Origin: Candidatus Muiribacteriota bacterium
Lineage (GTDB): Bacteria; Muiribacteriota; Muiribacteriia; Muiribacteriales; Muiribacteriaceae
DNA length: 16,093 nucleotides
Assembly: GCA_051747805.1 (NCBI GenBank)
Contig: JBNJGP010000060.1
Span: 1-16,093, forward strand
Direction of reading: 5' to 3'
Shown: piece after piece, positions 9,901-15,887 of the stretch
Position numbering within the stretch: the stretch's first letter is position 1
Layout: each line of letters begins with the position of its first letter
Translations under genes and position numbers: made by a program
The notes under the pieces: model-generated
The model's input: only the letters and a program-made list of their open reading frames with translations
Database searches by the model: none
Told to the model about the DNA's origin: nothing

Positions 9901-9962
9901 ATGCTAAGGATGCAAGAAGGTCATTAATTTATATTGAAAAAAATCTGGCTAAGAAAAAATGA
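954..9962 (+). CDS. Giant tetratricopeptide-repeat (TPR) protein with N-terminal Cys-rich putative metal-binding motif
   Basis: 3002-aa uninterrupted ORF with a strong RBS. Dozens of ~34-aa units matching the TPR consensus, e.g. AYYKLGELYFSQHKYEEARNCFDKVINFDSDYLV. N-terminal C5-P-F-x12-C20-x4-C25-x9-C35. No signal peptide or catalytic domain recognised. Confidence 0.93.
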   Translation: MLLSCPFLGSKDSKNEHEFCIKEKCQFFNVKTRSCFIATIGEASLKYLNYTKTYNQERELEREKESVEKLDVLEKEEKYNILLSKCFNLIKNGNINEAELELKKSLIYNPGGFQALVFLGDIYSQQERSDEAVIAYKEALKIKQKSSIIRKLINQYSLLYKDFPDKNSFYKEIIHKFEKETDGKKPEYGFFGLGCAYFVFELKDIKKSSRMEMAFSNIKKAIEHNPSMTESYFLLFDINSEYSILEGEEILKMQKKAVEFEPENPWTNLYLALAYLKFGSHYDAQKVMGRIKKSVELAPDDWEIIYYYGYILESYHYLSKAASQYEKALDLSPNNRRVMEALAHLFEISNLYDKTIEVYTSLNELEPENLCYIEKLGWLLSLKGNYSEAAGHYRYLMQKKPLNGDYYKNYYKNVSFTLQNTEKENLLNELKKEMELETYNYIKWVHYFYGVIYLKGNYYEEPVFSEVKDVLNRIMSIEPDFYHAWWEMASIFAEKEKTHDEAFSLVNQVLKKEGIDSVAYYNCAKVFRKLGQKSRAVDNLERAVELCPDYREAHQELLNIYDANEEVENLKKAADRFIQIYPNESEAYYYIGRIALRRNNIEEACDSLKKAVEIDPHFENANYLLAVIHEENSMFELAKTYFEKTVELNSDNFEANFRLGKLYKRDKDFKKSETFLRKSIDLKNDFVDAYIELARLYVESNMSAKAVGMYEKALAIKEDIWVYFELADVFVSLKKYEACVKIIKKILAKEDDNIMARLKLGYAYMEMGLLESAQEELKKIIKLDRKNIDARMALADVYLKNNLVGAAIVEYRKSIEIDPYNIKAHIKLAEVYQYQKSFNEAIDEYKEILKIDKNNTEAYYKLGELYFSQHKYEEARNCFDKVINFDSDYLVAYKRLGDIYYKTAEYHEAISKYEKVIESEPSDLDVFYKIACCYFELQIYSKSQQYFEKVIALDENFAEAYYYKGVIDSVNEKYNDAVQNLKKASILSPKNINYHVELARNYDKLENFNESLRQYMLVLEVDTKNKEAMYNIALIFKRQGEFDRALEFLQKAIDYYPGFVNAWFELGKLNVIKGRLDKAINSFRKVITTDNNFLEAYYELGKAYKNQGMLEDAVKQFEKLINTEDYSVRANDELGVLYLSLDERDKAVKAFEFVAESEPDNSRVHFELGRLYYEKYDYDKAIEEFKKALENEFQNPFIHFELGEVYFNLQMEEEAVEQFNIAISIDSDYVEAHQRLGNIYLNQGQLQEAQKSLQKALEIDDDNEEVYYELGQIYEKTGKVGDAINCYEAALKRKKDYINVIYKLVGQYKKASRYKDIIDVLEKAIIKNSHNSLFAYELGIAYREINKKELSMQYLKKALSLNPEFVDAIYALADLQAKMKNYNEAINTYQKAIKIFPNNVKAHFELGKLFLNKYLINEAIEEFKKVLNLDRSYREAYTELGEIYIANGLLEDALENYKTAVDIAPEDSRIHYRLGTIYDKLGFNSEAKNHYEEANKLDPENADIYFKLGVDHEKNREFEKAIKNYEKALEYDADYNEVYKRLGDIYLQIGSYDKVIENIERYNKNKKDDEYSWYISGKAHYHLDNLLKAETNLKRAININSQFREAVWTLAQVLIKSKNYDEALSNLETLKNTEYENSQLYYYIGVALIYSQKFDEGIKVLKKSAHMDNYNKETVVKILNVFRDNNLTMEALSFIDEVSKEKDYVELYLEKGRVYFAENRIDEAFHEYNKVKDKFPDTAEIHVEMADLYIRKDMFMEALNELHKAESKSPDSVEVQNKFAYIFEKRNQKARAVEKYEKVLELDPTNVEVFKKLANLYYADGEKSRARDYFEKYNEFKPRDIEVYGKLAEIYEEEGQYSELGSIYKKILELDPENMKALKGLFIYYIKTENEPEASRLFEDLLEKDIEASILKKYAELLEKTGNTENAILAYEKIVKIDKNNEIIEKLAYFYLEQNVLDKAFDYYKMLLERTQDKEHKEKIQLKIAEIFEKQDLLEQALDIYMNILKNNENDSRIHYKIAYINKELGSYKSAKEFFMKALKLGLNNADVYFGMGEIYFKENNYNESLKYFEKARELEPNYPDLSYMLGKIYAYKNMFKKGIQVFGEIVSREDAKIGDYIMLAEMYWKTEHYDKAVEVLKKALKVDSENMDIYIMMGKIHRDSGNFEGAYKLFKKVLEIAPMRSEAKVEQAVTLGIQNKNDEAVSKLKEVITSDPANSTARIELGKVYKKTGMIDKAVLEFKQVIEVEPDNYEAHIELGKLYYSIGKSYKDEIMINNAINEFSTAKKINSGRAQAFYNLAVVFKEKNMLTEAVNEIKRAVEIEPDNPEVKELYSQFSHNEQKKEIEEKIKQAEIYYDRGMAENALKEYEDIMEFAPEDYKAYYEIAQIYYEQENFDEAVSFYQKAKEKNPDFTDSYYKLGIIYFNKNDLEKALEEFNELIKRDYAHVEGHFYAGSINWLQGDIEKALEELRTSISMDEAHIPSYIKIGEILEAKQDYNEAKKIYDKLLTLEPNNNQARKFFENMHKQQAAEEIDTLLKQAQEFEGNGDLENAMVKYQSIVEIDPNHLEARFRLGKIYELQEIFSKAFFEYERCLENDDKQQFKQVSFKAGLLAFKLAEFDKAINYLQMAIKNYPENFEIRVKLIESYREKFFKEEYSPQQMEEIVDNYQQNVKNNPDNAMAHFELGYFYSIMPENAFTASNIKGNAITELEQACKLDNKNTFFRAQLGDTYNKAGMYDKAITIYEMIVSEDDENTDTMHKLSKLYTLMKDYKKASSYYKKVIEIDPYDGLAGMGYVDSLYMDYSETDEKEKKFFEFKKAFRDVAEERRKDPMAYFLLGYSNMKLIPTVSMSNDDKVNAVSAFKMAISIDPDFLWPYFAMRRLFNKEGVDSEEPNYSAAIDIARKALERNPNNAYARFELAEAYNENLKINMKNDAIEEYRAAIRLNNDFMEAHFKLASLYKTKNMLQESMKEYNRVIELDPNSAYAKDARRSLIYIEKNLAKKK

Positions 9963-11281
9963 TTAAAGTATTTGTACAAAAACTGGGATGTTCAAAAAAT
10001 GATATAGATGCAGAACATGTAGAGTATGCACTGGAGCAGAAAAAATTTAAAATCACAGATAATGCTTCAGAGGCAGATATTGTTATAGTAAATACCTGCT
10101 GTTTTATTGAAAGTGCTAAAAAAGAATCTATACAGGCAATTTTAGAGCATGTCAAGTCTAAAATTATCAAAAAAAGTTTAAAAATTATTGTAACAGGATG
10201 TTTAGCCCAGAGATATGCAGATGATATTTCTTATGAAATTCCAGAAATAGATGGATTAATCGGCGTATATCCAGCAGATAAAATTATTAATGTTATTGAA
10301 GAAGTTTTTAAATCAGAAAAACAAATTAAGAAAGTCTCTGATAAACCTTCAGTTAATTTTAATTCAAATTTAAAAAGACTGAACAGAAAAAGATTCTGGG
10401 CAGAGCTTAAAATTGCGGATGGTTGTAATAATTTTTGTTCATACTGTATTATTCCATATATAAGGGGAAAATACAAAAGCCGGAGTTTAAAAAAATGTGC
10501 ACAGGAAGCTTTTGAACTCTCCCTGACCGGAGTTAAAGAAATAATACTTATTGCCCAGGAAACAACTAAATATGGTGTTGATCTCTACTCAGATTATAAA
10601 CTTACCCAGCTTCTTGAAAATATTTCAAAAATTGAAAAAATTAAATGGATTAGAATTATGTACGCCTCAATCTGGGATATCAATGAAAAAATTATCAATT
10701 TAATGAAGTCAAATAAAAAAATACTTCCCTACTTTGATATACCTTTACAGAATGTAAATCGTGATATTTTAAAAAAAATGAATAGAAGAGGAAGCGAAAA
10801 AGAAATAGTTGAAAAAATCAACTGGATTAGAAGTCAAATTCCTGAAATATGTATAAGGACAACTTTAATTACAGGGTTTCCCGGGGAAACAGAAGAAATT
10901 TTTAATCAGAATATTGAGTTTTTAAAGAAAATGAAACTTGACAGGGTGGGGGTTTTTAAATATTCTTCAGAAGAGGGAACAAAAGCGTCAGAGTTGTCAA
11001 ATAAATTATCTGATGGTATTATTCAGAATAGACATGAAGAACTAATGCTTACCCAACTTCATATTTCAAACAGTATAAACAAAAAGTTTATAAAAAAAAC
11101 TATGGAAGTTTTAGTTGAGGGATTCGAGAATGACCTCTATGTTGGTCGAAGTTATAGAGACGCTCCAGAAGTTGACGGTTTTGTTTTTTTTGAAGGTAAA
11201 AATATTAAAATTGGAGATTTTGTTCAGGTAAAAATTACTGACTGTAATGATTATGATTTATACGGAGAGCAGATAATTTGA
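9959..11281 (+). CDS. rimO: Ribosomal protein S12 methylthiotransferase RimO
   Basis: UPF0004 domain motifs LGCSKN, NTCCFIESAKKES and VTGCLAQRY. Radical SAM CNNFCSYC. RimO-type C-terminal GRSYRDAPEVDG/TRAM domain. ATGA overlap with the TPR gene and upstream of pgsA. Confidence 0.93.
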   Translation: MIKVFVQKLGCSKNDIDAEHVEYALEQKKFKITDNASEADIVIVNTCCFIESAKKESIQAILEHVKSKIIKKSLKIIVTGCLAQRYADDISYEIPEIDGLIGVYPADKIINVIEEVFKSEKQIKKVSDKPSVNFNSNLKRLNRKRFWAELKIADGCNNFCSYCIIPYIRGKYKSRSLKKCAQEAFELSLTGVKEIILIAQETTKYGVDLYSDYKLTQLLENISKIEKIKWIRIMYASIWDINEKIINLMKSNKKILPYFDIPLQNVNRDILKKMNRRGSEKEIVEKINWIRSQIPEICIRTTLITGFPGETEEIFNQNIEFLKKMKLDRVGVFKYSSEEGTKASELSNKLSDGIIQNRHEELMLTQLHISNSINKKFIKKTMEVLVEGFENDLYVGRSYRDAPEVDGFVFFEGKNIKIGDFVQVKITDCNDYDLYGEQII

Positions 11282-11877
11282 ATATTGCAGACAAATTTAC
11301 ATTTTTTAGATTACTGGTTGTGCCTTTCTTTATATTTTTTTATATGTTTAATACTGGGGGAGAGGGGCTTGAGGGGGACTTTTTAAAAATTTTTGCAGCC
11401 TTTTTGTTTATACTGGGGGCAATCAGTGATGGAATGGACGGATATTATGCAAGAAAATATAAACTTGTTACTAATAGAGGAAAGTTATGGGACCCAGTGG
11501 CAGATAAAATTTTAGTTTGTTCGGCTTTGATTATTTTAAGTCATGATAATTTTATTCCCCCGTGGACTGTAATTATAATTGTTTCCAGAGAATTTTTTGT
11601 AACAGCGTTCAGACTGGTTGCGCTTGAAAAAGGCAGACTTCTTGCCGCATCAAAAACCGGGAAGTGGAAAACCGGTTTTCAGCTTGCCTATATTATAACT
11701 ATACTTGTTTTTATAAGCTTTGAGGTTCTTATTTTATCTTTTAATTATAAATCGGCCTGGACAGACTTATTTATTTTACACAATAAATATATATTTTTTA
11801 TACTTGAATATTTAACAATATTTTTTACAATATACTCAGGTTATGATTATTATAGGCTAAACAGGGATATTTTATGA
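11278..11877 (+). CDS. pgsA: CDP-diacylglycerol--glycerol-3-phosphate 3-phosphatidyltransferase
   Basis: CDP-alcohol phosphatidyltransferase motif DGMDGYYARKYKLVTNRGKLWDPVADK, plus REFFVT and GKWKT. Hydrophobic helices. TTG start overlapping the rimO stop (TTGA), with GGAG at 11264-11267. Confidence 0.92.
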   Translation: MNIADKFTFFRLLVVPFFIFFYMFNTGGEGLEGDFLKIFAAFLFILGAISDGMDGYYARKYKLVTNRGKLWDPVADKILVCSALIILSHDNFIPPWTVIIIVSREFFVTAFRLVALEKGRLLAASKTGKWKTGFQLAYIITILVFISFEVLILSFNYKSAWTDLFILHNKYIFFILEYLTIFFTIYSGYDYYRLNRDIL

Positions 11878-12356
11878 AGAAATTTTTATCCTATATAACA
11901 GGAACATTATTTGGTATTGGTTATTTTCCTTTGATGCCCGGTACTTTTGCCTCAGCTGTTGCAACAGTTGTTTTATATTTTTATACGTTAAACTTTGAGT
12001 TTACCGATTTGAATTACAATCTTTTAATTATTGTGTTTTTCTTCATAGGAATAGTTTCCGGTGATTTTATTGAAAAAGATAAAAAGAAAACAGATCCTTC
12101 TTTTGTTGTGATTGATGAACTAATAGGAATTCTTGTAACCTTCTGGGGCATTCCATTAAGCAATAATCCCTATATAATTTATTATCTTGTTGCGGGTTTT
12201 TTACTTTTTAGATTTTTTGATATACTCAAACCTTATCCTATAAGTTTTCTTGAAAGTGTTCGCGGTGGTCTTGGAATAATGGCCGATGATTTTATGGCTG
12301 GTATTTTTGCCAACTTCATTTTGAAGGCAGCTTTTTTTATAATCACAGTGTATTGA
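11874..12356 (+). CDS. pgpA: Phosphatidylglycerophosphatase A
   Basis: Motifs PGTFAS, DPSFVVIDELIG, FRFFDILKPYPI and GGLGIMADD. Follows pgsA with an ATGA overlap. Confidence 0.92.
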   Translation: MKKFLSYITGTLFGIGYFPLMPGTFASAVATVVLYFYTLNFEFTDLNYNLLIIVFFFIGIVSGDFIEKDKKKTDPSFVVIDELIGILVTFWGIPLSNNPYIIYYLVAGFLLFRFFDILKPYPISFLESVRGGLGIMADDFMAGIFANFILKAAFFIITVY

Positions 12357-12378
12357 TTTTATTTTTGAGGGAATTTTA

Positions 12379-12663
12379 ATGGAAGATTTATTATTAATTG
12401 CGGTAGTTTTTTCACTTTTAATAAATATTATGCTTGTATTTGCCTATATGCGGCTAAAAAAAGCTATAATGGCAATGGAGCTTAAAAAGTATAAAAATTG
12501 TATAATAGCTATGCTTGAGGCAAAAGAGCAGTTTGAAAAAATAACAGAGCTTCGTCTAAGTCAGATAAAAGCACGGATTCGTGAGCTTGAGGACGTTACA
12601 GAAGATGTTGACGATAAAATCCTTTATTATGAAAGTTTAAAAGAAAACGACCAGCAGTATTAA
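12379..12663 (+). CDS. Hypothetical protein: N-terminal transmembrane helix followed by a predicted coiled coil
   Basis: 94 aa. RBS GAGGG at 12367-12371. Hydrophobic LLLIAVVFSLLINIMLVFAY then a charged heptad-like segment. Fills the gap between pgpA and rsmE. Confidence 0.75.
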   Translation: MEDLLLIAVVFSLLINIMLVFAYMRLKKAIMAMELKKYKNCIIAMLEAKEQFEKITELRLSQIKARIRELEDVTEDVDDKILYYESLKENDQQY

Positions 12664-12667
12664 GATT

Positions 12668-13366
12668 ATGCATTATTTTTTTTTAGAACATAAAGAAAAT
12701 TCAGATGGTTTTATTTATTCTAAAGAAGTATTAAAACATATTAAAGTTTTAAGAATAAAACCACAGGAAAAAGTACTTGTTAATTATAATAATGAAGTTT
12801 TTTCAGCTTGTCTTAATTCCCTTACAAAAACATCGGCATTTTTTAAAGTTTTAAGTAAAGAACCTTTTATTAAACCAAAAATTAGAAAAATTCTTTATCA
12901 GGCTTTTCCTAAAAATAAAAAATTTGAGTTTATAATTGAAAAAGCTGTGGAGCTTGGGTTTGAAAAAATTATACCTGTTAAAAGCAGGTACTGTGAAAAA
13001 AACCTTAATTTAAAAAAAGAAAAAAGATATAAAAGAATTATTTTAAACTCTGCAATGCAGTGTAAGAGTCCTTTTCTTCCTCAGTTAAAAGAAGAAATAA
13101 GCATAAAAAATATTGAGCCAGCAGATGGTGTTAATATTGTATTGTATGAAAAAGGAAAAAATTCAATAAAGGATATTTTAAGAAAAAATAAAGATAAAAA
13201 AAAATTTAATGTACTTTGCGGACCAGAGGGTGGATTTTCACAAGATGAAATAAAGGGATTAGAAAATATGGGGTTTGTGGATGTAAAAATAAATTCAAAT
13301 ATATTAAGGTGTGAAACTGCTCCGCTTTATGCTGGGGTTGTTTTAAATTATGAATATGAATGTTAA
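12668..13366 (+). CDS. rsmE: 16S rRNA m3U1498 methyltransferase RsmE
   Basis: Motifs HIKVLR, FEFIIEKAVELG, SAMQC, GPEGGFS and ILRCETA (SPOUT RsmE family). Upstream of mtaB. Confidence 0.93.
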   Translation: MHYFFLEHKENSDGFIYSKEVLKHIKVLRIKPQEKVLVNYNNEVFSACLNSLTKTSAFFKVLSKEPFIKPKIRKILYQAFPKNKKFEFIIEKAVELGFEKIIPVKSRYCEKNLNLKKEKRYKRIILNSAMQCKSPFLPQLKEEISIKNIEPADGVNIVLYEKGKNSIKDILRKNKDKKKFNVLCGPEGGFSQDEIKGLENMGFVDVKINSNILRCETAPLYAGVVLNYEYEC

Positions 13367-14555
13367 AATTTTCACTTTCGGATGTAAAGTTAATCAGTAT
13401 AGCTCGGTGTTATTAGTAAATAATCTGATTAAGAATAATGTACAGGTAAATAGTAACAATAACCCGGATTATATTGTTATAAATATGTGCGCGCTGACGC
13501 AGGCAGCAGTAAAAAAAGTTAAAAAACAAATAAAAAGTGTGAAAAAAGATTTTCCCCTCACCCCCGTTATATTAACAGGGTGTATAGAAGATGAAGATAA
13601 ATATGATGTTGATTTTATTTTTAAAATCGGGGAAAGAAATAAAATTTATAATCTCTTTAACATTAATACTTTCAGCGAATATATATACACTTATCCTGGG
13701 CAGACCCGGGCTTTTTTAATGATACAGGAAGGATGTCAGAACTTCTGCTCTTATTGTATTGTTCCTTATTTAAGAAATCAGCTGTATTCAAAACCCTTTA
13801 ACATTATAAAAAAAGAGCTTGATGAACTTGCAGATTCAGGGTATAAAGAAGTTGTTCTTACAGGAACACATATAAACAAATATGAATATGAAAATTTTAA
13901 ATTAAAAGATGTTATATCGCTTGTTGAACAAAACAGAAAAATAAAAAGGTTCAGAATTTCTTCAATTGAACCGGACGGTGTTGACGAAGAATTTATCCAA
14001 ATAATAAAAAAAAGCAAAAAGTTTTGTCCGCATCTTCATTTATCAGTACAATCAGCTTCTGACAATGTTTTAGAAAAAATGAACAGAAACTACAGAATTT
14101 CTGATGTTGAAAAAATTATTTTTAAATTAAGAACTTTAAAAAACTTTGAGTGGAGCGCAGATTTTATTACTGGTTTTCCCGGTGAAACCATTGGGGATTT
14201 TAAAAAAACACTTTCTTTTGTTAAAAAGCATCAGCCTCTTCTTCTTCATGTTTTTTCCTTTTCAAAGAGAAAAAAAACAAAAGCTTTTGGAATGAAGGAA
14301 ACTGTTTCAAAAAAAGAAAAAAAAAGAAGGTCAAAAATATTAAAGAGGGCGGGTAGTTTTTCAAGAAATAGAGTAATTAAAAAATATATTAATAAAAAAT
14401 TAATATTACTTGCAGAAAAAAATAACACAGGCTATACTCAAAATTATATAAAACTTGAAACTCAAAAAAACATAAACTCTGGTGATTTTTATGAAATAAA
14501 AATTAATGATGATTTAAGTTTAAAAGAAATAATAAAAATTAAGAAGGAGTTATAA
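13350..14555 (+). CDS. mtaB: tRNA t6A37 C2-methylthiotransferase MtaB (MiaB-like)
   Basis: TFGCKVNQY, INMCALT, radical SAM CQNFCSYC, KEVVLTG, RISSIEP, CPHLHLSVQS, LHVFSFSKR and GYTQNY. rsmE-mtaB synteny. The start may be ATG 13356 instead. Confidence 0.88.
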   Translation: MNMNVKIFTFGCKVNQYSSVLLVNNLIKNNVQVNSNNNPDYIVINMCALTQAAVKKVKKQIKSVKKDFPLTPVILTGCIEDEDKYDVDFIFKIGERNKIYNLFNINTFSEYIYTYPGQTRAFLMIQEGCQNFCSYCIVPYLRNQLYSKPFNIIKKELDELADSGYKEVVLTGTHINKYEYENFKLKDVISLVEQNRKIKRFRISSIEPDGVDEEFIQIIKKSKKFCPHLHLSVQSASDNVLEKMNRNYRISDVEKIIFKLRTLKNFEWSADFITGFPGETIGDFKKTLSFVKKHQPLLLHVFSFSKRKKTKAFGMKETVSKKEKKRRSKILKRAGSFSRNRVIKKYINKKLILLAEKNNTGYTQNYIKLETQKNINSGDFYEIKINDDLSLKEIIKIKKEL

Positions 14556-14556
14556 T

Positions 14557-15564
14557 ATGAAAGTGATAATCCCTGTAGCCGGAATTGGTTCAAGGTTGAC
14601 ACCGCATACACTTACAGTACCTAAAGCTCTTGTTCAGGTTGCTGGTAAAGAAATGCTGGCACATATTCTTGATAAAGTAAAAAAAATGGAAAATCTAACC
14701 GAGGTTGTTTTTGTTGTAGGTTATCTGGGAGAACAAATTGTAAATTTTGTGAAAAAAAATTACGATTTTAAAAGTTCATTTGTTTATCAGAAAGAGAGAA
14801 AGGGTTTAGGACATGCTATTTATATGGCTATGGAAGAAATGAAAAATGAAGATGTTGAGCCTTTGCTTATAATGCTTGGAGACACTCTTTTTGAAATGAA
14901 TCTTGATAAAGTTATAAAATCTGATGGTGACGGGGTTATTGTTACAAGTGAGGTTTCAAATCCGCAGAGGTTTGGTGTTGTTGTTAAAAAGGAAAATAAA
15001 ATTATAAATCTTGTGGAAAAACCCGAAAAATTTGTTTCAAATAGAGCAATTATTGGGATTTATTATTTGAAAAATATTTCACTTTTAAAACAGAGTTTAA
15101 AGTATATTATTGATAATAATATAAAAACCAGGGGAGAGTTTCAACTTACAGATGCGCTTGAATTAATGCTTCAAAAAGGGTCTGTATTTTATGATGAACT
15201 TTGTGATTTATGGCTTGATTGTGGGAAGCCTGATACGTTGCTTGCAACAAATCAGAAACTGCTGGATATTTATTTTAAAAACAGAGAATATAAACTGAAA
15301 AATTCTGTTGTAATTGAGCCTGTTGCTATACCCGAAGGGGCTGAAATTCAAAATTCTGTTATAGGACCACATGTTTCAATAGCAGAAGGGGTGCAGGTTA
15401 ATAATTCTATAATTAAAAATTCTATAATAAACAAAGATGCTGTTATTGAAAATACTGTTATGACAGAATCGTTAATTGGGGAAAAAGCTATGGTAAAGCC
15501 TGGTATGAGTAGATTTAATATTTCTGATTCTTCTCAGTTTATTGGAAATAGCAATTCTCAATGA
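14557..15564 (+). CDS. Sugar-phosphate nucleotidyltransferase (long-form glucose-1-phosphate thymidylyltransferase-like) with C-terminal left-handed beta-helix
   Basis: IIPVAGIGSRLTPHTLTVPK nucleotide-binding motif, GLGHA, LGD, VEKP, GEFQLTDAL and WLDCG. Hexapeptide repeats near the C-terminus (IQNSVIGPHVSI, VNNSIIKNSII). Substrate cannot be determined by eye. Confidence 0.85.
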   Translation: MKVIIPVAGIGSRLTPHTLTVPKALVQVAGKEMLAHILDKVKKMENLTEVVFVVGYLGEQIVNFVKKNYDFKSSFVYQKERKGLGHAIYMAMEEMKNEDVEPLLIMLGDTLFEMNLDKVIKSDGDGVIVTSEVSNPQRFGVVVKKENKIINLVEKPEKFVSNRAIIGIYYLKNISLLKQSLKYIIDNNIKTRGEFQLTDALELMLQKGSVFYDELCDLWLDCGKPDTLLATNQKLLDIYFKNREYKLKNSVVIEPVAIPEGAEIQNSVIGPHVSIAEGVQVNNSIIKNSIINKDAVIENTVMTESLIGEKAMVKPGMSRFNISDSSQFIGNSNSQ

Positions 15565-15638
15565 AAATAGAGAAAATCCTTGATTTTATGGGGTCTGAGC
15601 CGACATCACTTTGCGAAAAAGCATTAAAAGCCGTGACC

Positions 15639-15715
15639 GCCCCACACTTACTTTAAGTTAGTTTTTATATCACCCCAGCATAACATTTAATGATTATTAA
15701 AGTAAGTGTTGGGGC
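15639..15715. repeat. Long inverted repeat (copies A and B) enclosing a 40-nt loop
   Basis: GCCCCACACTTACTTTAA (15639-15656) and TTAAAGTAAGTGTTGGGGC (15697-15715) are reverse complements apart from one extra T in B. Confidence 0.9.
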
Positions 15716-15771
15716 TAGTGACCACTCGCAAAAGCTCGTTAGTGACCGAAAGTTAGCACTTTCTAGTGACG
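15716..15771. repeat. TAGTGAC direct repeats at exact 24-bp period separated by 16-nt hairpins
   Basis: TAGTGAC at 15716, 15740 and 15764. Spacers ACTCGC-AAAA-GCTCGT (4 of 6 pairs) and GAAAGT-TAGC-ACTTTC (perfect). Confidence 0.8.
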
Positions 15772-15847
15772 ATAAAAAGCGTGCTTCAAACAAAAGCTAT
15801 ATTTTAACTTTTATATTAAAAGCAAATGATTTATCTATGCTCCTGCT

Positions 15848-15887
15848 GTCACCCCGGCTATGTTTTATGCCGGGGTCTATTGTTTTT
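15848..15887 (+). terminator. GC-rich REP-like hairpin, possibly acting as intrinsic terminator of the + strand operon
   Basis: ACCCCGGC (15851-15858) pairs with GCCGGGGT (15869-15876) around a 10-nt loop, followed by CTATTGTTTTT. It lies about 290 nt after the last stop, so the terminator role is uncertain. Confidence 0.45.

Noticed and set aside
954..9962. O-GlcNAc transferase or other TPR-enzyme fusion
   Set aside because: TPR-like helical repeats continue to the last residues. No glycosyltransferase, kinase, protease or CHAT domain was recognised.
9949..14428. Antisense ORFs within rimO and mtaB
   Set aside because: They lie opposite conserved genes and have no independent support.
15680..15707. 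dif/Xer site (TTTAA-N6-TTAAAGTAAGT)
   Set aside because: Only a partial match to the XerD arm, and copies A and C lack the matching second arm at 6-bp spacing.
15639..15715. Integron attC site (GCCCCAC...GTTGGGGC resembles RYYYAAC...GTTRRRY)
   Set aside because: The left box lacks the invariant AAC, the stem has no unpaired spacer between R and L boxes, and there are no cassette ORFs or integrase.
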